Assembly (NCBI GenBank): GCA_045117555.1
Contig: JBGUNW010000178.1
Location: 1 to 40,581 of the forward strand
From: Eubacteriales bacterium
Lineage (GTDB): Bacteria; Bacillota; Clostridia; Oscillospirales; CAG-272
Length of the DNA stretch: 40,581 nucleotides
Reading direction: 5' to 3'
Shown in pieces: positions 1 to 9,903 of the stretch. Within the stretch, counting starts at the first letter, position 1; each line of letters opens with the position of its first letter. The notes beneath the pieces are model-generated. The model worked only from the letters and a program-made list of their open reading frames with translations. It searched no databases and was not told the origin of the DNA. The position numbers were made by a program, and so were the translations under genes.

Positions 1-107
1 AAATGAACGAGCAGGTGGTTGCCGCGCTCAAAGCGGCCGACCTCAATTCGCTCTCTCCGTTTGAATGCATGTCCTTCCTTTTTGACCTGAAAAAGAAACT
101 GCTGTAA
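1..107 (+). CDS. mutS: DNA mismatch repair protein MutS, C-terminal end (5' part outside the window)
   Basis: Frame 3 is open from the window edge to TAA at 105-107. The tail NEQVVAALKAADLNSLSPFECMSFLFDLKKKLL resembles the short helical MutS C-terminus. It lies 64 nt upstream of mutL, the classic mutS-mutL order. Only 34 codons are visible. Confidence 0.55.
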   Translation, partial: MNEQVVAALKAADLNSLSPFECMSFLFDLKKKLL

Positions 108-171
108 GGGCATACTCCAACTCTATCAAACAAGAAAAAACGCAAAAACGCTTTTCGGAAAGGAGCGCGCC

Positions 172-2325
172 ATGGGAAAAATCCACGTTTTGCCATTTGA
201 GGTTGCAAACCTGATCGCCGCCGGCGAGGTGGTGGATCGGCCGGCCTCGGTGATCAAAGAGTTGATGGAAAATTCGATCGACGCGGGGGCGACCTCGATC
301 GTGGTGGAGATCCGGCAGGGCGGCATTGCGTTCATGCGCGTCAGCGATAACGGATGCGGCATTGCGCGCGAGGATCTTCCCGTTGCGCTCCGCCGCCACG
401 CCACCAGCAAAATTCAGGACCGCGACGATCTTGCCGCCATTATGACGCTCGGCTTCCGCGGCGAGGCGCTTGCCGCCATTGCGGCGGTTTCGGATATCCG
501 CATTTTCTCCAAACCGGCGGGCGAGGCGGTCGGCGCACTTCTCACTTCTCCTTGTGGCGGCGAGATTACGGTGGAGGAGCACGGCTGTTCCAACGGGACC
601 ACCGTCATTGTGGAAAATCTGTTTGCTCGCGTTCCCGCGCGGCGCAAGTTCCTCAAAAAGGATATAACCGAGTCCATGGCCGTTTCCGCAAACGTGGAAA
701 AAGTGGCACTCTCCCACCCGGAAATTGCCTTCCGGCTGATTGTGGACGGCAACGTGCGCATGGAAACCGAGGGTGACGGCAACCTGCTGCACGCCATTCA
801 TTCGCTCTTCGGCAAGGAGCTTGCCGCGCGGATGCTCAAAGTGGAATCGCAGGCCGAGGGCGTTGCCGTTTCGGGCTATGTGGGCAGAAGCGATAACTAC
901 AAAGCCAACCGCAACCAGGAAAACTTTTTCCTCAACGGGCGTTTCGTCAAAAGTAAAACGATCATGGCGGCCGTGGAGCAGGCCTACACTTCGTATATGC
1001 CGCCAGAGCGGTTCCCCTGCTGCGTGCTTTACATTGAGCTTGACCCTTCCCGCGTGGACGTGAACGTGCATCCCTCCAAGCTGGAAGTCAAATTCTCCAA
1101 CGAAAAAGCGGTGTTCGAGGCGGTGTACTACGCCGTGCGTACCGTGTTGGAAAGCAACGTTACCCGGCCGAACGTCAATCTGGATTCGGCGCTCAAAAAG
1201 AACCCGTTTGCCTATCCGGGCGGCAAAATTTCGCAGGCCACCGCGCCGGTGGAAACCGAGCGCCCCGGTTCGCTTGCCCGCCGCCAGCTCTCCTACGATA
1301 CGCTTGGCACCATTCAACACCAGCCGCAATCGCGCATGACCTCCGAGGAATATTTGCGCACCGTTGCGGGCGTTGAAAAGACCGCTCCGCGCCCGGCCGA
1401 CGACCGAACGGAGGATAAAAAAACGGTCGGCCGTCAAACGCAGCCCGCCGTCCCCCCGGTAACGCCGTCCGCCGAAAAACCGACTGCGCCGGCTTCCCAA
1501 AAGGAAGAAATGCCCCAAGGCGCGATCGAGGTGCCGCTGCATATGGACGTGAAATTTCCGCCGTCGGTGGACCCGAATTTTGAATTTCCGGTGCCGGAAG
1601 CCGGCGGCATTGCAAAACTGGACGCGGTGGGAACCGCGCCCGCGGCAGAACTCGCAACGCCGGCAAAACAACCCGAATCGGCGGATTCTCCCGCCCCCGT
1701 GGCGGTGCCGGAGCCGAAGACGTCTGCTCCCGCCGAACTGCCGCCCTACCGCATTCTGGGCGTTGCCTTCCGGTGCTACGTGCTGGTGGAAACCGGCGAA
1801 AAACTGCTTTTGATCGACCAGCACGCCGCGCACGAGCGCATTCTGTTTGAAGAATTGAAAGCCGGACTTGCCGCGCTTCCCGTCACCTCGCAAATGATGA
1901 TGCTCCCGGTGGAGGCCATGCTCACCGCCGCCGAGGTTTCGGCCTTGCAGGAGTTTGACGGCGAGCTGCAAAAAATCGGGTTCAAGCTGCGCTATGCCAA
2001 AAACACCGTTCTTGCCGACGCCATTCCGCAAGGAGTGGAGCCGGGCGCAGTTGGCGCAATGCTGGGCACCATGGCGGGGCGGTTGATCGACAATACCGGC
2101 AGCGTGAAGCTCACGCGCGATATTCTGTTTGAAAAAGCCCTCTATCAGGCGGCCTGCAAAGCGGCCATCAAAGGTGGCAGGGAATATTCTCCCGAGGAGA
2201 TCGAATGGCTGGTGAAAAAGCTGATGGAACTGCCGGATATTACCTTCTGCCCGCACGGCCGCCCCGTTGCCATGGAGCTTTCCAAGCGCGTGTTGGACAG
2301 GCAATTCGACCGCACCGGCTTTTGA
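172..2325 (+). CDS. mutL: DNA mismatch repair endonuclease MutL
   Basis: 717-aa ORF with SD GGAAAGGAG upstream. N-terminal GHKL ATPase motifs (LIAAGEVVDRPASVIKELMENSIDAGAT). A long Pro/Ala-rich linker. C-terminal endonuclease motif DQHAAHERILFEEL. Confidence 0.97.
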   Translation: MGKIHVLPFEVANLIAAGEVVDRPASVIKELMENSIDAGATSIVVEIRQGGIAFMRVSDNGCGIAREDLPVALRRHATSKIQDRDDLAAIMTLGFRGEALAAIAAVSDIRIFSKPAGEAVGALLTSPCGGEITVEEHGCSNGTTVIVENLFARVPARRKFLKKDITESMAVSANVEKVALSHPEIAFRLIVDGNVRMETEGDGNLLHAIHSLFGKELAARMLKVESQAEGVAVSGYVGRSDNYKANRNQENFFLNGRFVKSKTIMAAVEQAYTSYMPPERFPCCVLYIELDPSRVDVNVHPSKLEVKFSNEKAVFEAVYYAVRTVLESNVTRPNVNLDSALKKNPFAYPGGKISQATAPVETERPGSLARRQLSYDTLGTIQHQPQSRMTSEEYLRTVAGVEKTAPRPADDRTEDKKTVGRQTQPAVPPVTPSAEKPTAPASQKEEMPQGAIEVPLHMDVKFPPSVDPNFEFPVPEAGGIAKLDAVGTAPAAELATPAKQPESADSPAPVAVPEPKTSAPAELPPYRILGVAFRCYVLVETGEKLLLIDQHAAHERILFEELKAGLAALPVTSQMMMLPVEAMLTAAEVSALQEFDGELQKIGFKLRYAKNTVLADAIPQGVEPGAVGAMLGTMAGRLIDNTGSVKLTRDILFEKALYQAACKAAIKGGREYSPEEIEWLVKKLMELPDITFCPHGRPVAMELSKRVLDRQFDRTGF

Positions 2326-2361
2326 AACGCTGACCGGAAAAATGAAAGGAACCCTTTGTTT

Positions 2362-3498
2362 ATGTTTGAGTTATTAACCACCGAAGGCCGCGCGCGGCGG
2401 GGAATTTTGCATACCGTTCACGGGGATATTCAAACCCCGGTGTTTATGAACGTTGGTACCTGCGCCGCCATCAAGGGCGGGGTGAACACCATGCTGTTGC
2501 GCGAGATCGGCTGTCAGGTGGAGCTTTCCAACACCTACCATTTGCACATTCGCCCCGGCGACGGGCTGATCCGCGAGATGGGCGGCCTGCACAAGTTTAT
2601 GAACTGGGATCGCCCCATTCTGACCGACAGCGGCGGGTTTCAGGTCTTTTCGCTGGCCAAACTGCGCCGCATTAAAGAAGAGGGCGTGTATTTCTCTTCC
2701 CATGTGGACGGCAAAAAGATCTTTATGGGGCCGGAGGAGAGTATGCAAATCCAATCCAACCTCGCTTCCACCATTGCTATGGCCTTTGACGAATGCGTGG
2801 AGAACCCTTCACCCTACTCCTATTGCAAAAAGAGCATGGAGCGCACCTACCGCTGGCTTGTGCGTTGCCGCGCCGAAATGGATCGGCTCAACGCCCTGCC
2901 CGATACGATCAACCGGCACCAAATGCTGTTCGGCATCAATCAGGGCAGCACCTTTGAGGATTTGCGTATCGCGCATATGCAAATGATTGCCGAGGTCCCC
3001 TGCGAGGGGTACGCCATCGGCGGCCTTGCCGTTGGGGAACCGACCGAGGAAATGTACCGCATTATCGACGCGGTGGAGCCCTATATGCCGAAGGAGAAAC
3101 CCCGGTACCTGATGGGCGTTGGCACCCCCTGCAACATTCTGGAAGCGGTGCATTTGGGCGTGGACTTTTTCGATTGCGTTATGCCCAGCCGCAACGCCCG
3201 CCACGGAAATTTGTTTACCTGGCACGGAAAAATCAATTTAGGCAACGAGAAATACGCCAAGGATCCCCGCCCGCTGGATGAAAGCTGCGGTTGCCCCTGC
3301 TGCCGGAATTACTCGCGCGCCTATTTGCGCCACCTGATCAAGGCAAAGGAATCGGTGGGAATGTCGCTGTGCGTCACGCACAACCTTTGGTTTTACAACG
3401 AGCTTACCGCCAAAATCCGCGAGGCGTTGGACGGCGGCTATTTTGAATCCTTCTACCAGAAATACCGCAATATTCTGGGCGAACGGGTGGAGGATTGA
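2362..3498 (+). CDS. tgt: Queuine tRNA-ribosyltransferase
   Basis: Motifs TPVFMNVGT, LTDSGGFQ and zinc site CGCPCC...H. The ATG at 2362 follows AAAGGA by about 11 nt; the track start at 2356 is a TTG two codons upstream. Confidence 0.95.
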   Translation: MFELLTTEGRARRGILHTVHGDIQTPVFMNVGTCAAIKGGVNTMLLREIGCQVELSNTYHLHIRPGDGLIREMGGLHKFMNWDRPILTDSGGFQVFSLAKLRRIKEEGVYFSSHVDGKKIFMGPEESMQIQSNLASTIAMAFDECVENPSPYSYCKKSMERTYRWLVRCRAEMDRLNALPDTINRHQMLFGINQGSTFEDLRIAHMQMIAEVPCEGYAIGGLAVGEPTEEMYRIIDAVEPYMPKEKPRYLMGVGTPCNILEAVHLGVDFFDCVMPSRNARHGNLFTWHGKINLGNEKYAKDPRPLDESCGCPCCRNYSRAYLRHLIKAKESVGMSLCVTHNLWFYNELTAKIREALDGGYFESFYQKYRNILGERVED

Positions 3499-3510
3499 CT
3501 GCAAAATGCA

Positions 3511-3542
3511 AAAAGGAAGGGATTTTTCAATCCCTTCCTTTT
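3511..3542. terminator. Bidirectional rho-independent terminator between convergent tgt and glgP
   Basis: Perfect 14-bp stem AAAAGGAAGGGATT / AATCCCTTCCTTTT with a 4-nt loop. The A-run and T-run flanks give a U-tract on either strand. Confidence 0.85.
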
Positions 3543-3554
3543 TCTTTGCTTTTC

Positions 3555-5981
3555 TTATTTAATTTTTTTCAAATTCCAAATTCTCGTCGCGTATTCTTCA
3601 ATCGAGCGGTCGGCGGCAAAGTGGCCGGAGGCCGCAATGTTGAGTAGCGACATCTTGTTCCAAAGGGGCTTGTTGCGGTAGGCCTGCATCATCTTTTCGT
3701 GCGTGGCGCGGTAGGATTCAAAGTCGGCCAGGCACATATAGGGGTCGGCAATGCCGTGGCCGCTCAACAGATAGGAGGAGATATCCGAGAAGGATTCACC
3801 CGCAAAGCCGTAAACCAAACGGTCCACAATGCGTTTGAGGCGCTCGTTGGCGTTGTAGTAATTGGGCGAATAATAGCCTGAAAGCCAAAGCTGTTCCACT
3901 TCATCCGCGGTCAGACCGAAGATGAACATATTTTCTTTTCCGGCGGCGTCCTGCATTTCCACGTTCGCGCCGTCCAAAGTGCCAATGGTCAAAGCGCCGT
4001 TCATCATCAGCTTCATGCAGCCGGTGCCGCTGGCCTCTTTGCCGGCAAGACTGATCTGCTCGCTGATCTCGGCCGAAGGCACCAGCGCCTCGGCCATGCT
4101 GACGTTGTAATCTTCCAGGAAGACCACCGAGAGCTTTTCGTGAATGGCGGGGTGCTGTTCAATATCCTTGCTGAGCATACAAAGCAGTTTGATAATGCGC
4201 TTTGCCATAGCATAGCCGGGCGCGGCCTTGGCGCCAAACAGGAAGGTTTGCGGCTGCATATCCAGGTTGGGGTTTTCGCTCAGGTCAAGGTACAGCCCAA
4301 TGATGTTCAGCGCGTTCAAAAGCTGACGTTTGTACTCGTGCAGGCGCTTGATTTGCACGTCGAATACCGAGTGCGTATCGATCAGCTGACCGGTTTTTTC
4401 GTGGATCAGGTTGGAGAAGGTGACCTTGTTTTGGTGCTTGATCGCGCGCACGCGGTTGAGGACTTCTTGGTTATCGGCAAACTTGGCAAATTCGGAAAGC
4501 TCCTCGGGGTTGTGGCGGTAGCCGTCGCCAATGCACTCGGAAATGAGCGCGGCGAGCTTGGGGTTGGAATAGCAGAGCCAGCGGCGGTGAGCAATGCCGT
4601 TGGTCACATTATCGAACCGGTCGGGGTACATTTTGTAAAAATCCTTGAATGTAGAAGTCCGCAGGATTTTGGAATGCAGCTTGGAAACGCCGTTGACCGA
4701 ATGCGAACCAATGACCGAGAGGTTTGCCATGCGCACCTGCCCGTAGCCGATGACCGAAAGACGCGAAATGGTGTTCCAGTTGCCGGGGAAATGCTCCCAG
4801 GCCTCGCGGCAGAAACGCTCGTTGATCTCCTTGATGATCATATAGATGCGCGGCAGACGAAGCTTGAACAAATCCTCGTCCCAGGTTTCCAGCGCCTCGG
4901 GCATAACGGTATGGTTGGTGTAGGAAACCACCTTGGTAACCATATCCCAGGCCTTCTCCCAGGGGAAGAAATAATCGTCGATCAGAATGCGCATCAATTC
5001 GGGAATGCAAAGGGCGGGGTGCGTATCGTTGATATGGATGGCAACTTTATCGGCAAGATTTTCCATGGTGCCGTAAACCGCCATGTGGTCGCGCAGAATG
5101 CTTTGGACCGAGGCCGATACCAGGAAATACTGCTGGGTCAGGCGCAAGAGTTTGCCCTCGGTATGGTTATCCGAAGGATAGAGGACCTTGGTAATAATCT
5201 CGGCGCTGTTGCTTTCTTCCAAGGCCTTGGTGTATTGCCCCTGCGTAAACAGACCCATATTGAAATTCTGAATGTTGCGCGCGCGCCAGAGCCGGAGCTG
5301 GCTGACAGCCGAGCTGTCGGCGCCGGAGATCATCATGTCGTAGGGAACGGCTTCGTATGTTTCGCCGCCCTCGTAGGAAATTTCGCAATGTCCGGCCTCG
5401 TTCCAATGTTCCTGAACGTGGCCGCCGAAATGAACCTTGTAAATGCGGTCGGTGCGCGGGACCAGCCAAACTTCGCCGCCGGGGAGCCACACGTCGGGAA
5501 GCTCCACCTGCATACCGTTCACGATCATCTGTTTGAACAAACCGTATTCGTAGCACAGCGAAAAGCCGGTTGCGGGGTAATCCAGGGAGGAGAGAGAGTC
5601 CATAAAGCAGGCGGCAAGACGGCCGAGACCTCCGTTGCCAAGCCCTGCGTCCGGCTCGCAGTCGTAGAGCTTTTCCAGGGAGAAGCCCATGGATTTGAGC
5701 GCCTTTTCGTAGGCGCCGGCAAGCCCCAGATTATGAAGATTGGTTTTGAGAGAACGCCCAAGCAGAAACTCCATGCACATATAGTAAACGCGCTTTGCGC
5801 CTGCGGCGTTGACTTTCTTTTTGTAGGCGGAACGCTTTTCGGAAAGAAGGTTCTTTACCGAAATTGCGGTTGCCTTGTACATTTGCTCCTGCGAGGCCTC
5901 TGCGGCCGTGCAGCCGAATTGGCGCTCTAAAACGCCCTCTAAAATTTCTTTTACTTCTGCGCTGTTTGGTAAATCACTCAT
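3555..5981 (-). CDS. glgP: Glycogen/maltodextrin phosphorylase (GT35)
   Basis: 808 aa with PLP-lysine region EASGTGCMKLMMNGALTIGTLDGANVE. It is the last gene of the glg cluster. Confidence 0.96.
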   Translation of the reverse strand: MSDLPNSAEVKEILEGVLERQFGCTAAEASQEQMYKATAISVKNLLSEKRSAYKKKVNAAGAKRVYYMCMEFLLGRSLKTNLHNLGLAGAYEKALKSMGFSLEKLYDCEPDAGLGNGGLGRLAACFMDSLSSLDYPATGFSLCYEYGLFKQMIVNGMQVELPDVWLPGGEVWLVPRTDRIYKVHFGGHVQEHWNEAGHCEISYEGGETYEAVPYDMMISGADSSAVSQLRLWRARNIQNFNMGLFTQGQYTKALEESNSAEIITKVLYPSDNHTEGKLLRLTQQYFLVSASVQSILRDHMAVYGTMENLADKVAIHINDTHPALCIPELMRILIDDYFFPWEKAWDMVTKVVSYTNHTVMPEALETWDEDLFKLRLPRIYMIIKEINERFCREAWEHFPGNWNTISRLSVIGYGQVRMANLSVIGSHSVNGVSKLHSKILRTSTFKDFYKMYPDRFDNVTNGIAHRRWLCYSNPKLAALISECIGDGYRHNPEELSEFAKFADNQEVLNRVRAIKHQNKVTFSNLIHEKTGQLIDTHSVFDVQIKRLHEYKRQLLNALNIIGLYLDLSENPNLDMQPQTFLFGAKAAPGYAMAKRIIKLLCMLSKDIEQHPAIHEKLSVVFLEDYNVSMAEALVPSAEISEQISLAGKEASGTGCMKLMMNGALTIGTLDGANVEMQDAAGKENMFIFGLTADEVEQLWLSGYYSPNYYNANERLKRIVDRLVYGFAGESFSDISSYLLSGHGIADPYMCLADFESYRATHEKMMQAYRNKPLWNKMSLLNIAASGHFAADRSIEEYATRIWNLKKIK

Positions 5982-6039
5982 AGTTATGAAAACGCCTTTC
6001 TGTGGATAAAACTGAAAAATTTATCTTCCAACCGCCCGG

Positions 6040-7476
6040 TCAAAGACCGCGGTAGAGTTCCAGATATTTGGTTGCCGAAGTTCCCCAGGAAAAATCGGTC
6101 TTCATAATGCGGGTTAAAAGACGCCGCCGCGCGGGAACGTCGCGCCAGAGGTCGATTGCCGCCTGGGTGCGCTCGCAAAGCTCCTCGGCGGTGTACCCCG
6201 CAAAGGTAAAGCCGTTGCCGTGCAGCTCTCCTGCTTCGTCGATCCAGTAGGGCTTGATCGAGTCGTAAAGCCCGCCGGTTTCACGTACCACCGGAATGGC
6301 GCCGTAGCGCGAGGCGATCATTTGCGAAAGCCCGCAGGGTTCGGTTTTGGAGGGCATAAGGAAAATATCGGTGGCGGCGTAAACGCGCTTGGAAAGATCG
6401 CGGTCATAGCAGATCCTTGCGCGCACGCGATCCGGGTGGCGGTTTTGGAAATCAATGAAGAACCGCTCGTAACGCTCCTCGCCGCGCCCGAGGATCAAAA
6501 ATTGCACGTCGTTTTGGGCAACGATGCGTTCAATACTGTCCACAACCAGGTCCAGCCCCTTGTGCGAGGCAAGCCGGGAAATTACCGAAAGCATGGGGAT
6601 CTCCCGGCGGACGGGCAGACCGCACTCTTTTTGCATTGCCATTTTATCTTTCACCTTGCCGGCAAGGGCGCGCCGGGTAAAGGCCGCGGCAATGGAGGGG
6701 TCGGTTTCGGGGTTGTAATAGTCATAATCGATGCCGTTGAGAATGCCGCAGAGCTTGCCCGAAGCGCGGTTGAGCGAAGCTTCCAGCCCATGGCCGTACT
6801 CGGCGGTCTTGATCTCTTCGGCGTAGCGGGGGCTGACGGTGGTCACGCGGTCGGCGCATTCAATGGCGGCTTTCATCAGGTTGATGCAGCCGTCGTTCTC
6901 CATCAGGGTATGCTGATCGTTTCCGAGTGCGAACACGTCGCCCAGAATGGCAAAATCGTACTGCCCCTGGTATTCAATGTTGTGAATGGTGAAGACCGTG
7001 CGGATATTTTCATATCCCGGCGTTGAGCGGTAAATGCAGTTGAGATAGACCACCGAGAGCGCCGCCTGCCAGTCGTGTGCGTGGAGAACGTCGGGGAAAA
7101 AGGAGATCTGCCGCATCATTTCCAGCACCGCCATGCAGAAATAGGCGTAGCGTTCGCCGTCGTCGTAATGCCCGTACAGAGCGGGGCGGCGGAAATAGTA
7201 TTCGTTGTCGATAAAATAGTAGGTCACGCCGTTTTGTTCCAGCGACCAAACGCCGCAGTAAAGACTGCGCCAGGCCAGCTGCACCTGAAATTCGGCTAAC
7301 CGGGTCATTTTGCTTTTCCAGGTTTTTGCCGCCGTTTCGTAAAGCGGGATCACCACGCGAATGTCGCATTCGCCGGTTGCCGCCAGCGCGGCGGGCAGAG
7401 AGCCGAGAACGTCGCCCAGCCCTCCGGTTGCCGCAAAGGGCATTGCTTCGGCGCCCACGAATAATATCTTTTTCAT
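6040..7476 (-). CDS. glgA: Glycogen synthase (ADP-glucose type, GT5)
   Basis: 478 aa with N-terminus MKKILFVGAEAMPFAATGGLGDV, and SD AAGGAAA. Confidence 0.96.
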   Translation of the reverse strand: MKKILFVGAEAMPFAATGGLGDVLGSLPAALAATGECDIRVVIPLYETAAKTWKSKMTRLAEFQVQLAWRSLYCGVWSLEQNGVTYYFIDNEYYFRRPALYGHYDDGERYAYFCMAVLEMMRQISFFPDVLHAHDWQAALSVVYLNCIYRSTPGYENIRTVFTIHNIEYQGQYDFAILGDVFALGNDQHTLMENDGCINLMKAAIECADRVTTVSPRYAEEIKTAEYGHGLEASLNRASGKLCGILNGIDYDYYNPETDPSIAAAFTRRALAGKVKDKMAMQKECGLPVRREIPMLSVISRLASHKGLDLVVDSIERIVAQNDVQFLILGRGEERYERFFIDFQNRHPDRVRARICYDRDLSKRVYAATDIFLMPSKTEPCGLSQMIASRYGAIPVVRETGGLYDSIKPYWIDEAGELHGNGFTFAGYTAEELCERTQAAIDLWRDVPARRRLLTRIMKTDFSWGTSATKYLELYRGL

Positions 7477-7539
7477 TTTCCTTGTTTTCCTTTCCGGTGT
7501 TGCCCCTTGGGGCAGGATGTAGCTCCCGGCGGGGGAAAT

Positions 7540-8673
7540 TTAAACCGTAACTCCTTTTCCGATAAAGAAGGGCATGGTTTCGTGCCCGGAGAGAACGCGG
7601 TCGTCGCGAACGGAAGCGTTCTTATCGGTGATCACGCAGTTGAGCGAAACATTTGCGCCAACATAGGTATCCTGCAAAAGGATCGAGTTGCGAATAACCG
7701 TGCCGCGGCTGACGTGAACGCCGCGGAAGAGAACCGAGTTTTCCACCCTGCCTTCAATCACACAGCCGTCGGCAATGAGCGAGTTGGAAACCGAAGCGCC
7801 CTCTTTATATTGCGTAGGCGCACTGTTGCGGATTTTGGTGTAAATTTCGCGATCCGGGTTGCCGAGCAGGCAATGGCGGGCTTTGGTGTTCAAAAGCTCC
7901 ATGGAAGTGGAGAAATATTTGCTCAAAGAATCGATCTGCGAGAACCAGCCGTCGAAACGGTAGGCATGGAAGAGCTTTTTGGAAAGGTTTTTGCCGATGA
8001 TATCCAAATGAAAGCTGTTGTACCCGCGCGCGAGCCCTTCGGAAAGCGCGTTTTGCAGGTCGGCGCGGCGCAGGACCATAATGTTGGTGCTGACGTCTAC
8101 TTCACCGGCGGTGGGAATATAGCGGTCGATCTCGGTAATGCGGTTGTTTTCGTCCACAACGGCAATGTCGCGTTCGTTGGTAAGGTGCAAATCGGTCACG
8201 TCCATGCGTTTGGTCACCAACGTCAGAAACGCGCCGGAGCGGATATGATCCTCGATCACGTCGCTCAGGTCAATGTTCAGCACCACGTCGCAATCCGAGA
8301 GCACGATATATTCCGCGCCGCAACGGTTGATAAAGTTTTGCGCGCCGTAAAGGGCTTCCAGACGGCTGGTGTAGAGCTTGGAAGCGGCGGCGTTTTCATA
8401 CGCGGCAATATAGGGGGGCAGGATTTTAATACCGCCCGAACGGCGCGCGAGGTCCCAATCCTTCCCACTGCCGATATGATCCATCAGCGATTGATAGTTA
8501 TAGTGGGTGATCACGCCGATATTGGTAATGCCCGAATTGACCATATTGGAAAGGGCAAAGTCGATCAGACGGTAGCGGCAGGCGAAGGGAATGCTTGCCA
8601 TGGTGCGCATACGGGTCAGTTCCGGCATGGAATGATCGTGAATGTTTGAGAAAACCAAACCTGTAATTTTCAT
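7540..8673 (-). CDS. glgD: Glucose-1-phosphate adenylyltransferase regulatory subunit GlgD
   Basis: 377-aa paralogue of GlgC that lacks the GGxGxRL loop (GLVFSNIHDHSMPELT instead). It has a left-handed beta-helix C-terminus and sits between glgC and glgA as in Bacillus. Confidence 0.9.
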   Translation of the reverse strand: MKITGLVFSNIHDHSMPELTRMRTMASIPFACRYRLIDFALSNMVNSGITNIGVITHYNYQSLMDHIGSGKDWDLARRSGGIKILPPYIAAYENAAASKLYTSRLEALYGAQNFINRCGAEYIVLSDCDVVLNIDLSDVIEDHIRSGAFLTLVTKRMDVTDLHLTNERDIAVVDENNRITEIDRYIPTAGEVDVSTNIMVLRRADLQNALSEGLARGYNSFHLDIIGKNLSKKLFHAYRFDGWFSQIDSLSKYFSTSMELLNTKARHCLLGNPDREIYTKIRNSAPTQYKEGASVSNSLIADGCVIEGRVENSVLFRGVHVSRGTVIRNSILLQDTYVGANVSLNCVITDKNASVRDDRVLSGHETMPFFIGKGVTV

Positions 8674-8686
8674 TGCTTTGCTCCTT

Positions 8687-9880
8687 TCAGTTCGATTTTG
8701 CGTCTTCCAGCATGGCTCCCGGGGGGACGATGCCGCCTTCCGGGATCGTGCAGTCTGCGCCGATCACGGCGATTTGATCGGTTTTTGTGCGATCCTCGCC
8801 AACGCGGGTGTTTTTGCCCAACGAAACGTTGGCGTCCAGAATGGAGTAGCGAACGGTTGCGCCTTCTCCCACGCGAACGCCGTTCATCAGCACGCTGTCC
8901 TCCACCACCGCGCCTTTCTCCACGACCACGCCGACGCCAAGAACGCTGTTGCGAACGGTGCCGTAAATTTCACAGCCCGCGGTTACCGAGGAATTTTCAA
9001 CGGTGGCCTCGCTTCCCACGTATTGCGGGGGAGCTGCCTCGTGGCGACTGTAAATGCGCCAGGTTTCATCCAGCAGGGAGAGCGCGGGATGCGCGCCCAA
9101 AAGGTCCATATTGGCCTCCCAGAGCGAGGAGATGGTTCCAACGTCCTTCCAGTAGCCAACGAACGGGTAGGCCATCAGTTTTTCGCCGGCGGCAAGCATT
9201 GCGGGAATGATATTTTTGCCGAAATCGTTTTCCGAGGCGGGATTTTCGGCGTCGGCGCGCAGATAGCTTTCCAGTTTTTCGCGCGTGAAGATATAAATAC
9301 CCATGGAAGCTTTGGTGCTGTCCGGGTTCTTCGGCTTTTCCGAAAATTTGAAAATGCTGCCGTCCTCGCGGGTGCTCATAATGCCGAAACGGCTTGCCTC
9401 TTCCAGCGGGACGTCGATCACGGCAATGGTGCAGTCGGCGCCGCTTTGCTTGTGTGCAGCCAGCATTTTGGAGTAGTTCATTTTATAAATATGGTCGCCC
9501 GAAAGAATGAGTACGTAATCGGCGCGGTAACGGTTGATAAACTCCATGTTCTGCCAAATGGCGTTTGCTGTTCCCTTATACCAGTCACCGCCTTTCTGAC
9601 CCTGGTAGGGGGGCAGGATCTTCACGCCGCCGAAAGTACGGTCCAGGTCCCAGGGCAGACCGTTACCGATGTACTCGTTGAGTTGGAGCGGCTGATACTG
9701 GGTAAGAACGCCAACGGTGTCCAGCCCCGAATTGATACAGTTGGAAAGGGGAAAATCGATAATGCGGTATTTTCCGCCGAAGGACACCGCGGGTTTGGCG
9801 GTTTTTTTGGTCAGGGCATACAGGCGGCTGCCTTGGCCGCCGGCAAGCAACATTGCAACGCATTCTTTCTTTTTGAACAT
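8687..9880 (-). CDS. glgC: Glucose-1-phosphate adenylyltransferase
   Basis: Motifs [14 protein letters not shown] and [18 protein letters not shown]. The ATG at 9880 (MFKKKE...) is preceded by GGAGG at 9 nt; the longer track start at 9907 would overlap glgB. Confidence 0.95.
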   Translation of the reverse strand: MFKKKECVAMLLAGGQGSRLYALTKKTAKPAVSFGGKYRIIDFPLSNCINSGLDTVGVLTQYQPLQLNEYIGNGLPWDLDRTFGGVKILPPYQGQKGGDWYKGTANAIWQNMEFINRYRADYVLILSGDHIYKMNYSKMLAAHKQSGADCTIAVIDVPLEEASRFGIMSTREDGSIFKFSEKPKNPDSTKASMGIYIFTREKLESYLRADAENPASENDFGKNIIPAMLAAGEKLMAYPFVGYWKDVGTISSLWEANMDLLGAHPALSLLDETWRIYSRHEAAPPQYVGSEATVENSSVTAGCEIYGTVRNSVLGVGVVVEKGAVVEDSVLMNGVRVGEGATVRYSILDANVSLGKNTRVGEDRTKTDQIAVIGADCTIPEGGIVPPGAMLEDAKSN

Positions 9881-9903
9881 GAAGGATACCTCCTGCAAAA
9901 AAA

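Noticed and set aside
43-2304. 753-aa ORF on the minus strand covering almost all of mutL.
   Set aside because: It is exactly antisense to a gene with unambiguous MutL motifs. Its translation is low-complexity Arg/Gly/His/Ala-rich with no motifs and no SD. This is the typical stop-codon-poor antisense frame of a GC-rich coding region.
4140-5930. 596-aa ORF on the plus strand opposite glgP. Similar long antisense ORFs lie opposite glgA/D/C/B (6220-7026, 7507-8649, 8642-10000, 9925-10908, 10918-11904).
   Set aside because: All mirror genes with clear enzyme motifs on the other strand. Their products are repetitive Gly/Val/Ala/His-rich strings without recognisable domains or ribosome-binding sites.
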